Assembly: GCF_033153115.1 (NCBI RefSeq)
Contig: NW_026889753.1
Location: 806,001 to 870,000 of the forward strand
Length of the DNA stretch: 64,000 bases
From: Saccostrea echinata
Taxonomy: Eukaryota
Direction: 5' to 3'
Within the stretch, counting starts at the first letter, position 1. Each line of letters starts with the position of its first letter. The position numbers and the translations under genes were made by a program. This document shows positions 40,556 to 52,900 of this stretch, piece after piece. Under the pieces are notes generated by a model. The model did not search any database. It saw only the letters and a list, made by a program, of their open reading frames with translations, and was not told the DNA's origin.

Positions 40556-41109
40556 TGATCAGAGGCCCCGGGAGTGAGATTTCCCTTAGCCACTTTCTTT
40601 TACATACTTGATTTACTTCAAAGTTTCAAGAGAACATTATATTTCTCTAGATCTCTAAGTTACATTGTTATATTTTTTTCATGTCCATTTTTATTGTATC
40701 AGGCTTTTCATTGCTTTGTAAAATCCATGTTTTCTTTAGACACCAGGAATGAGGTAGAAAATTGTTGTAAAAGCTGCTTTTTTTCAAATTCTTGCTTACA
40801 ACAAAAGAAAAGAAAAGAAGTTACACAGCATTCCCAATTTCAATATGAATACTAACTATACACTTTACATAACTATAGAGAAAGTCAAATCATAGAATGC
40901 TTCTTTGTTATATAGGACACTTGAAATCTGTTTTTCAGGTATGTTTAATTGTTATTAAATTATGTTTGTTGACTATTTGTATTTTTCTTTTCCATCATCT
41001 TTGTACCTATTGGCTGCTTTACCAAAGCAATTGCTAAATCTACTTGCATGTGACCTACTTTTATAAGTGGACTACTTCTTAAGGAGCTTCGGATCCATTT
41101 TTTTGAGTC

Positions 41110-41115
41110 AATAAA
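41110..41115 (+). promoter_or_regulatory. Probable polyadenylation signal of WDR87-like gene
   Basis: First AATAAA I found after the stop at 40555. Confidence 0.4.
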
Positions 41116-43192
41116 TAATTTTCTCCTACCAAGTAATTAAAGTATATGTAACTGTGGTTTAAAATTTAGTGATCAGCCATGGAAGTAACTCTCTAGGCAA
41201 CCTAACATTATTTCATCCATTATTAATCTGTATAGATGATACATGTACCGGTACACCCATTACCAACAAAGAGAGAAAAGGAAAAGTTTGTTCTAAATGC
41301 AATGCCTCAGAAAATGAAAATAACTATTAGAATGCTAAAAACTGTGCCCTTGAAATCTTGAAATTTCATTTGTTGATTTACATGATACAGTGAACAGTAT
41401 TTATACAAATTGAAGAATTTCTTTCAAGAATACATACAGACTTGAATGAAAACTACTTAGTATGTTGGGAATTAGCTAGATTGTGGTAGGTACTTGAAGT
41501 GGTTTGATCAGTTTGAAATGAAAATGGGTTGGTTAAGTTTTTTGTAAATACTCAAAGCACATAATGAGCTGAAAGTAGTGCATTAGACTATGATACAAAC
41601 ATTGACCTAATGAGTGGCATTTTCGGAGTGAAAAGGGAAAATGCAGAACTCTTAATTAAACTTTACAAACAGAGAAAATGAAGTAGATACTGCAAGTATA
41701 ATGGACAACAATTACTTGGCTATATTGTCATAACATCAAGTTTGCAAACACTTTAAAAACAGCAGATAAGAACTGTTGAGAATTGTAAAAAGGAGCAATT
41801 CCTGATAATTTTGGAAAATGGGAAGCTGCATGTACCCACTCCGAAATTTTGATGGTCGCTTTCTTCAGTGACTATCAGAATTTCTGAGTAAAAGATCTGA
41901 TATTAATCAGATTGGCTCATTCTATGACTAAAGAAGCTGTAGTGCCAAGGTAAAGATATTCCAGCAGTTTAAAAAATTTTTTTGTAGAAAAGCATATCAA
42001 CAAGGGAGATAAGCATGATTGCCCTAGTTTGTATCTCTATATGGTAGAGCCATCTCTTATACATCTAAAGTAGAGTTTAGTAATAATGCTTAATGCCCTG
42101 TTCACACAGAGAGTTTTAGTTGAATTAAAAGTAATTGCTGTGCATTAAATTTGAGTGACATTCACATGGAAAATTTAATGCAAATTATTTTACTTCAAAT
42201 TAATTTATTGTGCATCAATTTAATTACTTTGAATCAACTCCATTGAATGCTAGGCAAAGCTAAATCAAATTCAGTTATGCATGTGTAATAGAAAATTGAG
42301 TTGCACAGCTATCACTTGTCAGGTATTGGTATATAAACAGTTTTTATTATTCTTTTTTATTATTTTTTTTTATGAGTGAAAGACAAAGAACAAGTACATT
42401 TATCATTAAAAATGTGTACAGACACTATGACATTACTAGTAGGTCAGGTGTATCTGCTCTGCATATGACATAAATTGGAAAATGTTAAATGTTTCAAAAT
42501 TAAGTGGAGAAATCAAAAATTCCCAAGAAAAAGAAAACGATTTTGAATCCACTTTAACTGAGGAAGAGTTGGGACATTGGAGCAACTCTTTGTAGACTTC
42601 TTTTGTTTGTTATGATTCCTATGGAGCACCTAATAAACAATATCTTTTTTAAAAAGAAATGAGAATATCTTTAATTATTTGAAAGTATCATTAATTCAAT
42701 TATTACTTACCAAACCAATTATTTGCTCTTATCATTTCAGCTGATATGCACATCAATCAGAATTGAAAATATTGGTATTTATTTAAAGAGGTGTTTTTTT
42801 TTTTTAAATTGGCGCTGCTATGGTTATAAAAATTTTAAAAAATATCAGAATTTTATGTATGGAATTCCAGATTTACAAAAATCCGGTAACAATAATAAAA
42901 AAGAATTATTATACCGTATATGGCCAATTAATTTTTAAACCTTAACAAAAGTACAAACTATATTTTCGAGAAAATAAAGACTACCTATTATATTTTATTA
43001 GTTAGTGGGGGTAAGGGGGGGGGGGGGATCCACGCTTCAGGTTTCCTGTGATCAGCTAGAGAGACGGACAGACAGACCAAAAACTATATGCCCCAAATCT
43101 TCAATTTCAGGTGCATTAAAATCCTTTACTTTTGAACTTTTTTAAACAAAAATAAAGCATGTTCTTGATTTTATCCTCTAGTATGCACATGC

Positions 43193-43291
43193 AGGGGCCA
43201 GTAACGTACTATGATTGATTTCACATTGTCACTATCTTTTTGTATATATATAGTGATGACGTGAAATCAAACTAGTATGTTACTGGCCCCT
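43193..43291. repeat. ~100-bp imperfect palindrome (tiny MITE) upstream of the La promoter
   Basis: AGGGGCCAGTAAC.TACTA..TTGATTTCAC ... GTGAAATCAA..TAGTA.GTTACTGGCCCCT. Confidence 0.8.
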
Positions 43292-43504
43292 CTGCTAGAA
43301 TGATGTGTGTATGGGAAGGGGGGGGGGGGGTGAAAGTAAGACCTTTTACATGTAATATACAAGAAAAAGTTTTTAAAAGGGACATTTAAAATAGAAATTA
43401 ACAAGTCTAGTGATCAGTATTAATTGTATTTTAATTAAGGAAAAAAGTATTATTGCTAAATTAACATACTTTCTCGTCAAAATTTTGACCAATGCAAAGT
43501 TAAT

Positions 43505-43695
43505 GCCTGTTCGCGAATCCAGTTGTGAACGACTTAGCAAGGGAGGTACTTACATGCGTGCGCATGCACCGGAAAGTGATGTAAAAACGTGGTTAGTACG
43601 CGAAATGCTTTGGCGTTGTTGATTGTCAGGAAAGTCTGTTTTAATTCAGTGAAATCTAGACGACATCATAATCAAGCTGTAGGACTTTGAACAAG
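43505..43695 (+). promoter_or_regulatory. Housekeeping-type promoter and non-coding exon 1 of La/SSB
   Basis: Local CpG cluster with TTCGCGAA (~43510), NRF1-like CATGCGTGCGCATGCA (43553-43568) and ETS-like CCGGAAAGTG (43569-43578); donor AAG|GTTAGT at 43696, acceptor TAG at 43911, 11 nt before the ATG. Confidence 0.6.
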
Positions 43696-43736
43696 GTTAG
43701 TATATCTTTTTCAGTATGTGTCCTTTATCGATCTAA

Positions 43737-43835
43737 AATGACTAATGATGACTTTTCCAGTCATCAAATTAGAAGTACTGTAACATGCTGTTGTGTGAAG
43801 AAAAAAAATCAGCATCCTTGTCTTCTGACCATTAT
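43737..43835 (+). ncRNA. Candidate intronic box C/D snoRNA in La intron 1
   Basis: ATGATGA 43745-51, C'-like GTGAAGA, CTGA 43825-28, short AATG/CATT terminal stem, 83 nt from the 3' splice site; no target identified. Confidence 0.25.
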
Positions 43836-43922
43836 GTGTTGTTAGAGCAGAACATCATTTTAAAAAATTGTTCCTAATATAATTAAAACGGAACGCTATT
43901 TTATTGTCTAGTAAATTCCGTC

Positions 43923-46900
43923 ATGTCTGACGAAGCGAAAGTAGAAGTTAAAGAATCTAAAGAAACTACAAATGGTACCGGTACTGAAAAGAACGACGAC
44001 GTTAAAAAGGAACCAAAAGTTGTAGACGATGTAAAAGAGGATTTAGGACCACCAAATGCGCTGGAGAAAAAGATAATTAAACAAATAGAGGTATTGCAGT
44101 TGTTTAAACTTTATTTTACATTGCTCAAAGCAATTTAAAGATGTTATAGGCAAAGATAGCTATATTCTTGATTTAGTCAATCTACTTATATATCTTATAG
44201 TATAAGCAAAAGGGATCTTATAGTATAAGCAAAAGGGATTTATATTCTAGCTCACTACATAGTCTCTCATGAAGAGAAAAGTTATTCAGTGTGTTATAAG
44301 GTACATCTGTTGGGGTTGGAGCAATTGTATTTATAATATTACTGGATACCATGAAAAACCTTTATGTCCGCCTCTTCAAACAAAAGAGCACAGTCTAGAC
44401 TATGATATCACATGACCAGTGATGATTCTTTTCCGATATTTAGCAGAATTCCGCTAATTTGAATCCAAGAATCCAATATTCACAAGTGCTTTCCAATATT
44501 TCAATACTTTCGATTTTTGCAGTGATCCATTTCCATTTTTGTCGGGTAAGAAATTCAAGTTGTTTCATCCTTGTTTTGATCTAATCTGCATCATCCAGAC
44601 GTTTTCGTATATCTCCAAGTAAAGTAAACACAAAAGCAGGGATGATTGAGACTTCCTTACAATGGTGTGGCGGTTCATTCAGCCAGGTCAAGATGTAAAA
44701 GTTGTTGAACAAACTGTTACACTTTTGTCCCTCATTTAAACCTATTTTGGACTTGCTAAATCCCAAATTTTGTCAGCCCCTCTGCTTCCAAACTATTTCA
44801 GATATTTTGGCCAATTCACAGAATCATCACTGCATGACATTGTATGTTAGTTGCACTTCCATAACAAATTCTAAATGTTGATTAAACTTTGTAAATTTTT
44901 TAACAAAGGGCTTTAGTAGATGCAATTATTTTTTTGATGCCTTGAAGCTCTCTCTAAGAAATAAATCTTCGTAATAACTGTGAAACTGCTATTCAGTATT
45001 CATCAAGAATTCTGGAAAGGTTTCACACAAAAAGGATCAGTGCACTTAAGCTATGAGAGTTGGATCCCGGTGCTTTGCCACCAATAAATTTCCGAAATTT
45101 ATAAACTTTTGGAATCAGAATTATTAAACAATATCTTAAGAGCAGGGTTTGATATATTATATCACATAAAAATATTAAATAATGCCGAGCGACACTGGTT
45201 TTTGCGACAGGGGTCTAGCAGTTTTGTCACATTTCTATTGTTATTCATATGCATACCAGTTTTCAACGACGTTGTTTACATCGAGCCGCAACTTGTCCAT
45301 TCTTCTCATTTGCACAGAATGTGTATTTTGATTTTAACTTATACATATCCAAAGGGCAATGTTGGACAATTTGCGGCTCATATGTAATTTTTAAAAAAAT
45401 TCTCCAAACTACGGTCGGGTTTGCTACTAAATTAACAGGTCACCGAGTGTCAACCTATTTTGACCTGTTTGATATTATAATCACTTTACTCACGTGACAT
45501 TCCACTATTCGATATGCTTTCATTGTGTCTATCAATGGATTTCAGGGCTGTACACACGGATATGTATTTAAGTACACAATCTGACTATATATAGACTTTT
45601 AATACGGTGAATCCTAAGATTTTTCGAATCTTATAAAACTGTATTAAGAATAGGGCAATGCTCTATTTCTTAATACAAGTCTTAACTTACCTTTCATTTT
45701 TAAACCAATCAAAAGTACTCACATTGTAGTCATCTTATTTTTATCATAACAAAGAAAAGCACGTGGTAAATAATGGTCGATTTTAGCAGTAAAAATATCG
45801 AAAAACTCATTGTTTTATGGGAAGAAGATCAAAAGGAGTAACTACATGTAATTGTAAAAGTTGCTCAAATGCAGCGTTATCTATTCTAAAGAAGTTTTTA
45901 TAACTACTGGGGTCTTCTCTTTGCACCTCATCTAGCGATGCATTGTGTGCACCAAGTACATATACGTGTGTTCCGCCGCTGTTTCCATTACAATGTTGTT
46001 TTTTTTTTCAGTTTTATTGCAATGCATAATACGATAACAGATACTGCTAACAGAACCTCGTTTTTCATTATTGAGAGAAAGAGAAAGAGAGAGAAATATT
46101 GCGAGGGAAACACGTAGAAATCCCTAAAGTCTATTAACAATCTAATAAAACGTACAAACGAGTGTACAGGAAAGTATTATAATACAAATATAATACTTGT
46201 ATTATACAGTAACTACAAATCTCACCGTTTGTACCGGCCTGAACAACTTCAAAATAATGAAGAATTTTGCGAAAATTTTATTAGGGTCTTAAAGTTTACC
46301 TTGTCTTCTTTCACTAAATTGTGTTTTTCGTTTGCATGGTATTTTGAAGGAAATTCTGGTATTGCCAATGCACGATTAGTATGTAGCTGTGTTAGATCTT
46401 GTCGCCTCTGTATTATGGTCTGCAGGCATCTACAGACACATTCTTAAACACTAGTATCATATCTGAGAATATTTGGATTGCCGAAATGAAAGAGATATTG
46501 AAGACATAAGCGAGTGATTATCGATATAGTAACGTTGTAGAATTTTCGTTGACCATGTTATTTAATCTGAAATATACTTGTTCCGTCAATAAAATGTTAA
46601 TTTAAATTATAGATAGTTTGTATTTCTTGGAGTTTTCATGTTAACCTAGCGACTCAAATTTTAAGTTAAAATTTTATATTTCATTTCCGAATGTTATTTA
46701 TCTATACATACATATGATAAAATATGTATCACCATTGAGTACTACATACATGTATAATTTGTTTCACTACTTGTTTGTCAGTATTACTCTACGTACTACA
46801 TGTACAGTGAATTACAATTAAATGTAGTGTGACATCTAAGTCATGTACATGTGAATCTTTCTTAAAACATACTTTCATTCTTTGAATTGAAAAGCATTCA

Positions 46901-49900
46901 GCATATAAAACGAAAAATAATAAAGCTAAAGAAAAAAGAGGGGGCTTTTTTTATCATATACGAAAAACTTAAGATTGATCTAATTCGGTGCTAGGCATCA
47001 AACATATGGATACGAATCATGAAAATGATCAATATGTATGGCCATGAATCATTTATTATTTGTGTGAATCATGAAACTACACAATCTTTCTCTCCTCCAT
47101 TTAAATAATGTGCAAATGTTTACATTCCACTTCCATGCGATTTAAATATCTCCGCCCATTTGCGGGTACCTTACATTCGAAAGTGGTCCAGTTCAAATTT
47201 CCGGAATTTAAGGCTTATACATGTTCTTTTCAATGACGTTGTGTGGAATTATAGCAATATGTTTAACAAAAAATTCGAAGTATAAATATCAAGAGCATAT
47301 GTATGCACAATAATCATAGATTAATTTAGCAATATAGTCTTATTTAAGGCTTAAAATGGGTGGCCGAAAGGCTCCAAATGACACTCTAAAGTGCACTCAT
47401 TCTTTGCTTGACGAAGGTAAAGATTTCAGTTCAAATTTCCTCTGTTCTTACTTTTAGTCTATAGAACTCACTGCACTTGCTATTATTTTGAATGCAGTTC
47501 TAGCAGAGAAAGCCTTTTTTTTAAACTTTATAGGAGGGATTTTATATTTGCTTCATGTATTTTTACAGATGTAACTGAAGTTTGATACATGCATCTATGT
47601 TCATTATGACAATCAGACATGCCTAAAGATGGTCAAAAATTTCTTGCTAATATATTGACAGTGCAAGTGTTGGGGCAAGTGCAGTTGTGTATATTATTGG
47701 ATAGACTGCCTATTCACTTTTAATTTACATCCACCTCTTCAAACCGCACAGACATTTGAAAGGTCTAAACTGTGAAGTCGCATGACATCATACATTAGTT
47801 GCATATTTCAGTAACAAAGTCTGAAATATTTAATTTTTTTAACAAAAGAATGTTAAATCTACCATCTATCTACAATACCCATTGAATCAAGATTAGTTTA
47901 TTTGTAAACTTTTGCTTATTTATTGCAAGAATTTGTTGTGGGTGCCATATGCAATATTATGGAGCATTATGGGTGCTGAGTTAACTGCGGGGAAAAAAAT
48001 GTTTGGATCATTGTGCCCAGTCCGAATTTTCTCTTCACCCAGGTGTTGCTTTAAGAGCTTGCAGTGACGAGGGGCTCTTCAAGCCGCTTGCTGCGCTGGC
48101 TAAATACCTCTGAGGTTTCAACAATATGCACAATAATGTAAGATTTTCTGAGTAATGAAAATGTAGTTTATTTATATATTTTTTCAAGTACTACTTTGGA
48201 GATATCAATCTACCTAGGGACAAATTTCTTCAAGATGAGATGAAATTAGAAGATGGCTGTATCCTTTTTTTTATTAACATGACAAAAACAAAATATTCAT
48301 GTAGGAATCTAGTTAACAATTAAAAAAAATTCAGAAAACAGTAGGTATACATTGGAGAGATTTGATTAGTATCTGATTTGTATATCAATTTAGAAGAAAA
48401 TTCAAAATCTACAACACAAATATTGAATAGGTCTAGATATATTAACAGATAGCAAGCTATTGAAGCATGGTTAGTTATACATTTTGAGTGCAGTAAAGGT
48501 CATGTAGCATACATCAGAATATGCATCAGTTTATATTAATCATATAATACAATAGAGAGAATAGCTTCCTTTACAGTGATTAGGGGTATCTCTTGCCACA
48601 ATGACCAAATTCAATCGACTGAAACAACTAACCACAAATCATAAAATTATTGCCACAGCATTAAGGAAATCTGACTCCGGACTTATTCAGGTATTTAACC
48701 TTGATGATACATCTCTTGCCAGTACCAATATTTGCATGTATATATAAAATTCTTGTCTTAATTGTAAATTTATGAATTAAACTGTTTAACAATCACATAT
48801 GACAAAGGACATTATTGTTCATAATTGAAAATATGACCAGATGAACAAGTTATTTTTTCAAAGTTAAATTTATTCAATTTACCAAACAACAACAAAAAAA
48901 TAAAGTAATATTGATTTTTCCCAGTGACATTAATATGACTGCATATAATTTTTAGCAGTTGAAAAGTTGAAAGGTAGTTTGTAAAATTTATACAAAAATT
49001 GTTGAAATAAAATCTACCTTTCTGGTTCCGTTTCAGGTTAGCAAGGATAATGTGTTCATCCGTCGTAATCCTGACATTCCAATACCAGAGAACACAGAGG
49101 AAAGGCGGAATGATTTTAATGACAGATCTGCTTATGTTGTACGTACTAGTATCTCATGGCTACCTATTTAGCAATTGTTAAAGGTTAATTAAGAAATAAA
49201 GTCAGCGTTAACGTGAATGTTGCAGGATAACCTCCAAGGTCAAGAAATGTTGTCTGAAATATAAAAGCCAAGGCGTTAGTTGAGGCTTTTATATTTCAGA
49301 CAACATTTCAAGACCGAGGAGGTTATCCTGCATCATTCACGACAACAAGGACTTTTATTTCTATTCTACTAACAGCTCTAAAAAATGGCTGATCATTTCC
49401 TCTATAGAGAAACGAATTAGGTCACCATGTCGCGATTTTGCAGTTCCATTTCACACCAGAGGGTCAATTTGTTTGTTTACTTAAGAATCCATTGCATAAA
49501 ATGCAGATGATTTCAGCTTTCGCTGGATTAAAAATATCCTTTAATTATTTATAAATTTTTTGTAACATATATTGATTAATTTTTATGGATGTGAAATAAC
49601 AAAATCAGTTGTCTATTTCATTGCTTTATCTGTAAAATCATGGAGTGTAAATGTTGTGGGAAGGTCTGTGGAACAGCCTCACTTGCATGGCTATAGAAAC
49701 GGATATTTATTAGCTGTTTTAGGCAATACACACTGTTTAGACTGCATAAGACACATTTAGACACATCAATATGGTCTAAATAAGTATTAGATTCTACAGT
49801 GAATTATTTATTTCAACTGTACAGGTTTGACATGTGTTTCTGATCTGATAATTTTTTGATGATGTTCATGATTTATTGGAGAATAATGTCCTTTGATCTC

Positions 49901-52900
49901 GGCAATAACTGTGGTAGAATTAACAATAAGTCATTTGTAGAATATGATATTAGTATGTTGATCGACTTCCATATGAAAAACAAAATCACACAGTGTACTT
50001 AAAATTTGTTCTAGGTTATACATTTCTATGTAAACTTCAGAGGTTGAAATCATGTGTGAAGCTAATTTCATTACAGAAAGGCTTTCCATTGAATGCATCA
50101 CTGGACTCATTAATTGCTTACTTTGAGAAGATAGCACCAGTGGATACAGTGTACATGAGAAGAGATCAGGAGAAGAAATTTAAGGTTGGTTTAGGATGCT
50201 GTTCTATTTATTTAGTAAATTTACAGTCGTTATACAAGAAAATCAGTACTTTGATATCTATAAAGAGAGGACAATAACTGTTTAAAATGAGAATGAATTG
50301 TACGTAATTGTTATACCCTTGCTTGAAAAGTGTCTATATCAGTGAATAAAATTTTATGAGACTCACAGATCCTTTATTACACAGTGCCATTGTGCACCTG
50401 TTTTACATTTCAATCAGGTAGATATTTGGGTTTCCCATAGCAAAACATGGACACTGCGATTCTTTCTATAATATTGGGGTATCGATCTCTTATCCACAAC
50501 TCCTCCTAACTGAATGAAATTTAATGATACTTTCACAGAATCTTTGTTACGTAGTGCCATTGTGACCTATTTTATGTTTCGATCAGACAGATATCTGGGA
50601 AGTCCTACAGCAGAACATGGACAGTGTTAGTCTTTGTTAAATATTGAGGGTACCCATCTCTTATCTGCAACTCCTACTATGCCAACAAATAAAATTTAAT
50701 GAGAGTTTTAGAGATTCTTCATTACATTGTGCCATGTTGCACCTCCTATTTGATTTCTTGTTTAAATTTTATAAAAGATCCTTTTTATGTGTAAAAATTT
50801 AGTAAAATGAAGATTAAAGGATAATAAATTTCAGATCTCCACGGAATATACCTGCTGTGAACAGTTTTAAATCAGTTTGTTTGACTTAATGGCATTATAA
50901 TGATTTACAGGGATCAGTATTCATCACATTTCATAAAAAAGAGGATACTGAGAAGTTCTTGGCAGAGCCGGAATCTAAGTATGAAGATGCAGTACTCATC
51001 AAAAAGTCTAAGTAAGTTATTAAGTTCTTCAGTTACAATGTGTATGTTTTCTGCTGCATTGTCAGAAATTTTCTGTCTTGCTTTCACATTTATATTGAAA
51101 ATGTTTTTGAATTATGAATATCAGAATATTTTATACAGACTGTTATTAGGATATAGAATTTTCTTCAGATGGGTCATATTGTTTTTCTTAATATGAATGA
51201 ACTGGAATTTTTCATGACTGATTGTGCTTCTGTGATTTTAGACAAGAATATTTTCAAAAAAGAGAAGATGAGAAGAAGCAGAAAAAACTGGAACAGTTAC
51301 GTAAAAAGAAAGAGTAAGTAAATTTCCTATCCTATTTATGACAACATCTCTGAGATGTTTTTGGCATACAGATCAATTACAGATAATTTTCATAATTAAA
51401 ATAAAGATTTTAATATTTAATCTGTACAATAGATCATCTCTCTTGCAGGAAAGATAATATGCGTAGATTTTAAAGCAGATTCTCCTTTGGTTAGGTTTAT
51501 AAGAAAAGGTAGAGTTTTAACACAAATTATTGTCTTATAGAGACCAACAGAGAAGGGAGGAAGAAGAAACAAAGGTTGGTGTTTTTTTACATTGTTATCT
51601 ATGAAATTTTCTTGTCTTTGCCTTGGTAAATGAGACCAAATTTATTAGTCTAAAATAAGATTTTTTTTATCCTCCCCTCCCCCCCACCCCTTTCCAAACA
51701 AAGTTCAGGAAAGACCTTGTCAGGGTTGGACACTGGTACTTAGTATCCATACCTTACAGAGTAATTGTTTAAAAGTTACCAACATATATTGTTTCAATAA
51801 ATACTGTTACAGATATCCATAGAGTTAACTTGAATTCCTCGGGACTATGTTAAAACTTTGACAGATCAAGAGTGGAGTTTTCAGGAGGCTGAAAATTCAG
51901 GGTTACTTGATTAGTGTACAGTTATTTTCACAACAGTGTTAAAATTTTACACATGTATTTTAACAATAACATTCCTTGGGGTTGCTTTTATGTCCCCTTT
52001 GGAAAAGGGGGCTTATCGGTTTGCATCTATTGGTCAGTTTATCTGTTGGTCATTAGATTAATTGTTTTCTGCACAATGCATGTATCTTGAGGACCCTTTG
52101 CTTGACATACCACAAACTAAGTACAATGGTACCTGCTAAGGAGTAGATGTGAGGACACATGATCAAAGGTCAAATTACTCTGGACATAAGAAGATAGTAT
52201 CACTAAATTCTTGAGAAACCTTTGCATGGCAGACTTAAAATTTGGTACATTAGTACACTTTAGTAGATTTGTTTCTAAAAAAAATATTGATCAGGTAAAT
52301 ATGCGGATCTGAAATATAAATGAATTAAAATAAGTGTATATTACTATGCTGTTTATGTATTTTATGTAAGGGATGTTTCCAATGCAGAAAGTTTAAAAAA
52401 AAACTATTGATCAAACCTAGTTTGAATGTCAGGTATTTTGAGATATAATGCAAAAAGTGATGACGTTGATACCATATGGGACATACTTTAATACTGATTA
52501 TGATTTTGTGAAAATAGATTTAGACTTAACCACTATTTTTGTTGATATGTCAATTTTGATATGCAGTTGAACTTTGGTATCTGGAACACGGATATCTTGA
52601 ATACCATGGATATGTCGAAGTGTTTAGGAAGTCCCAACTACTTTAAGTATTTTACCTTGGATTTCTCGAATTCTCAAATATCTTGAAAGTTTTTTTCTAA
52701 GCCCCATCGAGTTAAGATACAATGTTTGACTGTATATATTTTTTAATAGTTTATTCAATAAAATTAGAAAAGACTGGGGAATAGGCAAAAGTACCCGGGT
52801 ACATGTACCTCGTCCTCTCATGTGATAACTAAAGCCTTCTTTACACAAACTTAACAGAAACTTGCTGGTTCCATCACACCTGGTGCTGTGTTACACCTGA

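Noticed and set aside
41260-41830. Possible LINE 3'-end remnant after the WDR87-like gene
   Set aside because: Only a faint CxxC-like hint; too decayed to support.
48060-48115. Hammerhead/twister ribozyme or SECIS element
   Set aside because: No CTGANGA plus GAAA core, no twister consensus, and an intronic position unsuited to SECIS.
52455-52550. GTGATGA...CTGA as another box C/D snoRNA
   Set aside because: No terminal stem, no convincing distal D box or recognisable guide.
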